Positions 49,927-56,593 of a stretch of 56,593 nucleotides of DNA are shown here, piece after piece. A program made the position numbers and the translations under genes. Below the pieces are notes generated by a model, which was not told the DNA's origin, did not search any database, and was given only the letters and a program-made list of their open reading frames with translations. How positions within the stretch are numbered: position 1 is the first letter of the stretch; every line of letters begins with the position of its first letter. The stretch comes from Halobacteriales archaeon QS_8_65_32 (lineage in GTDB: Archaea > Halobacteriota > Halobacteria > Halobacteriales > Halococcaceae), in assembly GCA_003022925.1 (NCBI GenBank), contig PXRY01000100.1, forward strand, positions 28,111 through 84,703, given 5' to 3'.

Positions 49927-50682
49927 ACGCCGGCCGACCATGGCAACACGGGAACGGCGTTCGACGTCGTTCACGAGACAGTTCCGTCCGACGTGTTGCT
50001 TGCCGGTTTCTCGGAGTTCGGCCCGACAGGGCTCACTGCTGTCGATTACCTCATCGACCAGCTCGACTCGGAAGGACCAGCCACGTCACTGCGGAAAACT
50101 TGCCGCCGATCGCGCCCTTCTCGGGGGGTGTGCCTCGCCATCACACCCGGCTGTTCTCGAAGCCCGATCTCGATCGCACCGTATTCGTCGGCGAACTGTT
50201 CGTCTCGCTCGGGGCCGCGGATGCCTTCGCGAGCGCGGTCATCGAGTGGATCGAGCGAAACGACGCCGAGGAAATCGCCGCTCTCTCGGGGTCCCGATCA
50301 CCACGGGCCCAACGCACATCGGACCTTTCACATCGCAACCGACGACTACCGCGAGCAACGCCTCGTCGATCTCGATTCCGAACACGCCCCGGCACCGATG
50401 GGCAACGGTTATCTCAGTGGTGTCAACGGCGCGCTCGTGACCCACGGGCTCGACCACTCGCTCGTGGTCAACGTCCTTTCGACATCCGTCCATGCCCGGG
50501 GGCCGGACGTCGACGGCGCGTTGCGCCTGCTCGAAACGGTCGTCGACATCTACGGGCTCGACGTCGACACCGCGCCCTTGGAGGAGTTCGCTGCGAGCGT
50601 CGCCGGCCACCACGAGCGCCCCGCCGAACACGTCGAAGACACTCAGGACGACACCCGGTACGATGACCGGATATTCATGTGA
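49927..50682 (+). pseudogene. PAC2-family proteasome assembly chaperone, multiply frameshifted
   Basis: LLAGFSEFGPTGLTAVDYL / PPIAPFSGGVPRHHTRLF / GYLSGVNGAL...PDVDGALRL spread over two frames; no in-frame ATG. Confidence 0.8.
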
Positions 50683-50832
50683 TCGCCGGCGGGCGTTCGT
50701 CCGTACCGACCCCTGCCGTCCCCGTTCCGATATGTATAGTCCCGGCGGCTTTTTCCCCCGGAAAGCGGCCGAGGCGACCACCGCCGTATGTGCTGGCACC
50801 ATCGTTTTGTGAGCGACACCGCAAGGAGAATC

Positions 50833-51228
50833 ATGGCACACGACCGATCGAGTTCCGACGACCGGGCGACGAGCGAGGCCGCCGAGGACGTTACCGACGC
50901 CGCGGGACGGCGGCGACGCGAGCGTGCCGAAAGCGCCGAACAGGCCTCGCGTGAACTGGAGGGCGACTTCGAGGCGATCGAGTACCCCGTGGCGAGCGAG
51001 GACTTGGCGATCGAGTACGCCGACCGGGAGATCGAGATGGCGAACGAGACCGAATCGCTCGGCAGCGTCTTCGACCGGCTCGCCGGCGAACAGTACGACT
51101 CGCCCGAAGAAGTCAGGGAGGCGGTCTACGGCGAGCTCACCGGCCAGGCCGGGACGATGAACGAGGCGAACGCGGAACGCGACCTCCAGGGGCTCGACGA
51201 GCACAATCCCGACGACGCCGCCGACTGA
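50833..51228 (+). CDS. DUF5789-like small acidic protein
   Basis: EYPVASEDL..EYAD.EI...NETESLG.VFDRL...YDSPEEVREAV. Confidence 0.75.
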   Translation: MAHDRSSSDDRATSEAAEDVTDAAGRRRRERAESAEQASRELEGDFEAIEYPVASEDLAIEYADREIEMANETESLGSVFDRLAGEQYDSPEEVREAVYGELTGQAGTMNEANAERDLQGLDEHNPDDAAD

Positions 51229-51378
51229 CGGTCGAAGGGAGGAAACGCTCCGATACGGACCCGCTACGGCGATGCAAACGACCGGGAGCCGACACGGATA
51301 GGGGTCGAAAGTGACGATCGGCCTCGTCGCTCAGGCACGAGGGGCGGTGTTTAGTTGCGCGATGAAGACCGACGAGAA

Positions 51379-51744
51379 CGGTTCGGGTGGGACCGGAAGG
51401 TGCCGACCGCTCGGCGTTCTTGTAAGCGAGTGGAACGAGCGAACGAGAGCTCGAAGGACGAGCGAAGCAAGTCCTTCGTAGAACCCCAGCGTTCTTGCGA
51501 GCGAGAGCAGGGAAGAACTTTGCTCCGACCGCGTTCGCGAGAACGAAGTGGTTCGAGAGAGCGGAGCTCTCTTGTCATGCCGAGAGACGCGAAGCGTCTC
51601 TCGTAGTACTCTCGTGAGCCAACAGGATCGCGGTGCGATCCTGTGATGACACAAGCACGTGAGCGATGAACGAACTAAAGGAGCGAGCGCGCGCAGCGAG
51701 CCGCAGGAGCCGAGCGCGTCGGGGGCTTTCAAAACGGTCTCGCC
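51379..51744 (-). repeat. Modular hairpin element, family E, copy E7
   Basis: GGGTGGGACCGGAAGG...GGGGGCTTTCAAAACGGTCTC; 51540-51705 closely matches 32063-32220. Confidence 0.85.
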
Positions 51745-51794
51745 AGCTCTTCTCCTGAAAGTCGCAAAAACGGCCAGCACGGAACAGCTAAGGG

Positions 51795-52316
51795 TTAACT
51801 GTCGAACGGTTCCTCGTCGCGGTGGGCGTCGGGGTTCGACGACTCGCGGGCGGCGGCCTCGCGTTCTACCGACTCTTCGACCTCCTGTTCGGCTTCCTGT
51901 TCCTGGGTACGTTTGCGGGCTTCCTCGCTCGCCTCGGTACCCTCCTCGTTGGCTGCGCGGGCGAGGTCGACGTCGGCGTCGTGTTCGTTGTCCGCCGAAC
52001 GGTCGGCCTCGGCGTCGCCGCGTCGCAGGGTAATCGCCTCGCCGTCCTCGGCGACCGAGTCGATCGCGATCCGAGGAAGCGGGTAGTCGTCGGCCCCATG
52101 GTCGCCGCCTCCGCCGTCGCTGCCTCTACCGTCGCCGCCGTCCCCGTTCTCGGTTGTCGCATCCCAGCCGAGCGTCGCGAGCACGGTCTCGGGGGCGTCG
52201 GCGGCCGGTTCGACGTAGGCGACGCCCTCGTCAACGTGGGCAACGCTGCCGAGGCGATCGCCGTCGGGTGTGTGGACGGTTGCGTCGACGACCGCTTCAG
52301 TGAGGTCGCGGACCAT
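51795..52316 (-). CDS. Acidic hypothetical protein (PRC-barrel-like N-terminus)
   Basis: TVHTPDGDRLGSVAHVDEGVAYVEP...LGW...YPLP. Confidence 0.7.
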   Translation of the reverse strand: MVRDLTEAVVDATVHTPDGDRLGSVAHVDEGVAYVEPAADAPETVLATLGWDATTENGDGGDGRGSDGGGGDHGADDYPLPRIAIDSVAEDGEAITLRRGDAEADRSADNEHDADVDLARAANEEGTEASEEARKRTQEQEAEQEVEESVEREAAARESSNPDAHRDEEPFDS

Positions 52317-52711
52317 ATCGGAACGAGGAACGGGCAATTATTGTGCGTACTGCCTGCCCGTGCAGGCAGGTACGATAATACCGCTCCGTCCGGGCGGGGA
52401 GCGAAGGGAAACTATAGACGACCGACCACTGAGCGGGGCGTACCGGGTGCCGTTCGCCGGGCGTTCGACGGCTCCACTCACGCGCCGCGGAGACGCTACG
52501 AATACACCGCGAAGCTACTACAAAGCGAACCCAAAACAGGGGTCGAACCGGTGTGACACATTCAAAACATTATTCGGAACGATATCGTGGCTCGAAACGA
52601 CGAAGCATTTAAGTATAATCGACTCGTTTCGTTGGATACGAACTGTGGCTCTCGGGTTTTCGGTCAATCTGACCTTGGAGTCGGAACCCTGCCTCGACCG
52701 GTGACGAAACC

Positions 52712-53701
52712 ATGACAGACACTCGATTCAGAGCGCGACCGGAGCGCACCGACGAGCGCGAGCAACGCGAGGGTGAACGCACCGAGGAGAGCAGCGAGGA
52801 GGTGACCTGCCCGGAGTGCAGCGGCCGCCTGTTGACCGACGCCGAACACGGCGAGACGGTCTGTGAGGACTGCGGGCTCGTCGTCGACGACAGCGAAGTC
52901 GATCGCGGTCCCGAGTGGCGTGCGTTCGATTCCCGGGAGAAGGACGAAAAGAGCCGGGTCGGCGCGCCGACGACGAAGATGATGCACGACCAAGGTCTCT
53001 CTACCAACATCGACTGGCGCGACAAGGACGCCTACGGTAACACCTTGAGTTCGCGCCAGCGCGCGAAGATGCAGCGGCTCCGGACCTGGGACGAACGCTT
53101 TCGGACCCGAGACGCAAAGGAACGAAACCTCAAGCAGGCCTTGGGCGAGATCGAGCGGATGGCCTCGGCACTCGGGTTGCCCGAGAACGTCCGTGAGACC
53201 GCGAGCGTGATCTACCGCCGGGCGCTCGACGAGGACCTCCTGCCCGGGCGGTCGATCGAGGCGATCGCCACCGCATCGTTGCACGCGGCTGCCCGCCAGG
53301 CCGGCGTCCCTCGGAGTATCGACGAGGTCGCCGACGTCAGCCGGATCGAACAAATGGAGTTCGAGCGCGCCTATCGGTACATCGTTCGCGAACTCGGCCT
53401 CGGCATCAGGCCCGCCGACCCGACGAGTTACGTCGGTCGCTTCGCCTCCGATCTCGACGTGAGCGACGAGGTCGAACAGCGGGCACGCGAACTACTCGAA
53501 ACCACCAAACGCGAGGGTGCTCACAGCGGTAAGAGTCCCGTCGGACTCGCCGCTGCGGCCGTCTACGCCGCTGCCCTGTTGACCAATCAGCGGGTCACTC
53601 AGAGCGAGGTCAGCGAGGTCGCCGACGTCAGCGAGGTCACGATCCGCAATCGGTACAAGGAACTCCTCGAAGTCGAGGGCGAAGCGCGCGCGGTCGCCTG
53701 A
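52712..53701 (+). CDS. tfb: Transcription initiation factor IIB
   Basis: CPEC...CEDCG zinc ribbon, GPEWRAF, cyclin repeats, SEVTIRNRYKEL; TATA-like TTTAAG near 52608. Confidence 0.96.
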   Translation: MTDTRFRARPERTDEREQREGERTEESSEEVTCPECSGRLLTDAEHGETVCEDCGLVVDDSEVDRGPEWRAFDSREKDEKSRVGAPTTKMMHDQGLSTNIDWRDKDAYGNTLSSRQRAKMQRLRTWDERFRTRDAKERNLKQALGEIERMASALGLPENVRETASVIYRRALDEDLLPGRSIEAIATASLHAAARQAGVPRSIDEVADVSRIEQMEFERAYRYIVRELGLGIRPADPTSYVGRFASDLDVSDEVEQRARELLETTKREGAHSGKSPVGLAAAAVYAAALLTNQRVTQSEVSEVADVSEVTIRNRYKELLEVEGEARAVA

Positions 53702-54040
53702 AGCGGTCGCTCACCCTCGCTCGGAACGATCGTCGTCCGCTTCTCGCGCTCCCCTCGTTCATTAGGGTCTCCGCTCGCATTCGCCGGTGACCGACGGGAC
53801 CCGCTGTGAACATTCGGTAGAGCGAACGCCGCGGTCACGGCGCGGGTACCCGGTTCCGCTCAGGTCGCCGGGTCGCTTCGGCCGCGCGTTCGGGCGATGG
53901 ACGAGTGCCTGTTCGAGCGGTTGCGCGCGGTCGACGGCGTGAAGTCAGCGCCCTGGCGGCCGCCCAACCGATGGGAACCCGGACGGAGCGATCGCGTAGA
54001 TGCGGCCGAGCGATAAGCGAGCGACGAACGCGACGAAAAC

Positions 54041-54196
54041 CGGTCCGGGTGGGACTGGAAGGGGTCGGGCGCGCGGCGGCTTCGCCGTAGTTCGAAAGAC
54101 ACCCTCGGCGTCTTTCGTTCAGTGCGGGACCGAAGGTCCCGCTCGCAGTCAGAACGCTTCGCGTTCTGACCACATTCACGAGAACGGAGTTCTCGT
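54041..54196 (-). repeat. Family E, partial copy E8 downstream of tRNA-Ser
   Basis: GGGTGGGACTGGAAGGGG terminus plus a hairpin string shared with E1 and E3. Confidence 0.8.
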
Positions 54197-54260
54197 CTCA
54201 GCAACCCTCTCAGAAGGAGTTAATAAACACTACCAGTTCACGAACACGAAAACTCGGAAG

Positions 54261-54345
54261 CGCCGGGGGTGAGATTTGAACTCACGAGTCCGTGAGGACA
54301 GTTGCTTTCGAGGCAACCGCCTTGGCCAGGCTAGGCTACCCCGGC
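54261..54345 (-). tRNA. tRNA-Ser (CGA)
   Basis: GCCGGGGTAGCCTAGCCTGGCCAAGGCGGTTGCCTCGAAAGCAAC, long variable arm, GTTCAAATC T loop. Confidence 0.96.
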
Positions 54346-54460
54346 TGTACCTCGCGCTTTGGACGATCGGGTATTATCGGTTTCGGTTCGTCCGACGGAC
54401 GTAGGGACCCGAGCGACGGCGTGCGAACGATGTTGGAAGACCGGAGAACGGAAGCAGCCC

Positions 54461-55066
54461 CTATTGGGAGAGTAGCCGGTGAAACGGCGTCCGGCCGTTG
54501 GCAGCGCGCTGGACGTCGGTGAGCCGGTCGTTCGCGGCGTCGCGTGCGTCGTCGAGGTCGGCCGGATCGATCGACTCGCCGTCGGATCGGCGTCGGGAGA
54601 GGTCGTACAGCTCGGCCGTCGCCGCGCGATACTCGCCAACGGCGACGGCGAGGTGGACCGATGCTCCCAGCGCGTCCCGGTCGGCCACCGAGACGCGATC
54701 GTCGAACCCGGCGGCGTCGTCGGCTTCCGGAAGATCGTCGCTACCTTCGGTATCGTCGGTTTCATCGAGATCATCGTTACTCGCGAGATCGGCGTCGTCC
54801 ACGTCGCGGAGCGCGAGAACCGGCGTATTCGACCGGCAGCGTTCGCCCGACCGGACGGCCGCGAGGAGGTCAGTGCCCGGTCCGTCGGGCAATTCGGAAG
54901 CGACGAGCACGGCGGCCGGGTCGTCGTCGAGCGCGTTGCGAGCGTCGGCGACGCGCGAAGTCCCCCTGACTTCCCTATCGGACAGGATGTCGGCGACGCG
55001 CGAGGCCGTGTCGTCCGGAGCGGCGACGAGAACTGTCACAGACACCGGGAGGGACCGAGCGGGCAT
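54461..55066 (-). CDS. Degenerate receiver-domain/HalX-like protein
   Basis: TVLV...AVLVASELPDGPG.DLL..VR...TPV; phospho-acceptor Asp not evident; C-terminal EYRAATAELY helix. Confidence 0.6.
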   Translation of the reverse strand: MPARSLPVSVTVLVAAPDDTASRVADILSDREVRGTSRVADARNALDDDPAAVLVASELPDGPGTDLLAAVRSGERCRSNTPVLALRDVDDADLASNDDLDETDDTEGSDDLPEADDAAGFDDRVSVADRDALGASVHLAVAVGEYRAATAELYDLSRRRSDGESIDPADLDDARDAANDRLTDVQRAANGRTPFHRLLSQ

Positions 55067-55280
55067 AGCCCCTTCGCAGTCGGGACGATCGTTCACCCCG
55101 CGTCGGCGTCGACCTCGCTCGCGCTCCGTCCCCCGTGATCGCAGTGTCGGCGGCCATGAGGCGATACCGCGTCGAGGGGCTGAGGATGAGGAATGGTAAC
55201 CGACACCGATGAGGGACGAACGACGGGTGGCGAACCGACTCGAAACGAAGGTGCCCCGAACAGCTCCGAACGGACGGCGT

Positions 55281-56593
55281 TCACAGATCGAGCGCATCGA
55301 GATCGACGTGATCACGGAGGAGCGCGGCCGCCCGGTCGTGCGGCGACCGACTCGCCTCGGTGGCGGCCGCCGGGCGGGACCGGCCGGCGTGGGTAAAGAC
55401 GGCATCGAGAAAGGCCTCGCGGGCGACGGCGTTCTCGAACAGGCCGTGGAGATACGTCCCGAACACCCGGTCGGTGGCCACAGCGCTTGCCTCGGCCGTC
55501 TCCCCCTTCTCTACAGTGTCGTTTCCTGGCTCGTCTCCACCACTCTCGTCGCTCTCATTGCTCTCATCGCTGTCGTCGCTTCCGTCGCCAGCTGCAAAGG
55601 GCCGACGTGCCTCGCCGATGAGGACGGTCCGGCCGTGGTGGATCTCGTAACCGGTTACCGGCCCGCGTGCGCCGGCGAGCGGGCCACAGCCCCGAAGCTT
55701 CCGCGTGACCGGCGTGACGGTCTTCGATGTCGAAAAGCGCGTCTCGACGGGGAGCAAGCCGATGCCATCGATCGCGTCGGGCGCGCCGACCGAACCCGTC
55801 CCTTCCTGTGAGGCGTTCGTGAGCCGCTCGCCGAGCAGCTGATAGCCACCACAGAGGCCGACGATCGGACCGTCAAAGGCCCGCAGCCGCTCGGGAAAGC
55901 CCGCCGCTCGAAGCGCGAGCAGGTCGTCGACCGTATTCTTACTGCCTGGAACCACCACCGCGTCGATGCCTGTTTCGAGCGACGCATCCACCGGAAGGTA
56001 CGCAACGCTCACGCCGGGTTCGCGGGCGAGCGGGGCGACATCGGTGGAATTCGAGATCCGAGGTAGGCGCAGGACGCCGATCGTGACACACTCGCTGGCC
56101 GGAACGCCGTCGTCGCCGCCGAGCACTCGCCGCTCGCCCTCGGGCGGAAGCGAGACGCTGTCCTCGGCGGGGAGCCCGGGGTCGTCGTAGGGCAGTACTC
56201 CGAGCACCGGAACGCCCGTCTTCGCCTCGATTTCCTCGATACCCGGCCGCAGCAGGTCGCGATCGCCCCGGAACTTCGTGATCAGCGCGCCGACGAGCCG
56301 GTCGCGGACGTCGGCGAGCATGAGGCGAATCGTCCCGTACAGGCTCGCAAACGCCCCGCCGCGCTCGATGTCCACTAATAAAATTACCTCGGCGTTGGCG
56401 AACCGGGCGGTCTCGACGTTCGCCAGGTCGCGGTGATGCAGATTGATCTCCGCGATACTCCCAGCGCCCTCGGCGGTCACGACGTCGTGTGCGCTCGCCA
56501 GTCGCTCCCAGGCTTCGCGGGCGGCCGTCCGGGCGCGCTTCCAGAAATCGTCGTAGTACTCGCCGGCCGCGACGTTACCGACTGCCCGGCCGT
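55281..56593 (-). CDS. cbiP: Cobyric acid synthase (5' end outside window)
   Basis: [49 protein letters not shown]. Confidence 0.95.
   Translation of the reverse strand, partial: GRAVGNVAAGEYYDDFWKRARTAAREAWERLASAHDVVTAEGAGSIAEINLHHRDLANVETARFANAEVILLVDIERGGAFASLYGTIRLMLADVRDRLVGALITKFRGDRDLLRPGIEEIEAKTGVPVLGVLPYDDPGLPAEDSVSLPPEGERRVLGGDDGVPASECVTIGVLRLPRISNSTDVAPLAREPGVSVAYLPVDASLETGIDAVVVPGSKNTVDDLLALRAAGFPERLRAFDGPIVGLCGGYQLLGERLTNASQEGTGSVGAPDAIDGIGLLPVETRFSTSKTVTPVTRKLRGCGPLAGARGPVTGYEIHHGRTVLIGEARRPFAAGDGSDDSDESNESDESGGDEPGNDTVEKGETAEASAVATDRVFGTYLHGLFENAVAREAFLDAVFTHAGRSRPAAATEASRSPHDRAAALLRDHVDLDALDL

Overview
High-GC chromosomal window from a halophilic archaeon (class Halobacteria), judged from the acidic proteome, TFB, Trm56, the cdrL-cdrS-ftsZ2-ncsA cluster and haloarchaeal tRNA-Tyr and tRNA-Ser. 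It is mostly housekeeping and metabolic genes (valS, trm56, ftsZ2, ncsA, nfo, lipoate ligase, tfb, cbiP, two GH15, two 5'-nucleotidases, MscS), with about nine disrupted genes. The notable non-coding signals are: (1) eight copies of a modular intergenic element built from nested hairpin cassettes, with compensatory stem changes and loops flipped between copies; (2) a second dispersed repeat family; (3) a short type I-B-like CRISPR array with a leader but no cas genes in the window, abutting a broken vapB-like gene; (4) a ~1.2 kb lower-GC two-gene islet flanked by a synonymously recoded duplicate of the 3' end of an epimerase gene; (5) a candidate structured ncRNA upstream of trm56; (6) a cluster of GTAAGAC boxes at the cdrL/cdrS locus. 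All family calls are from motif recognition by eye; no database searches were run.
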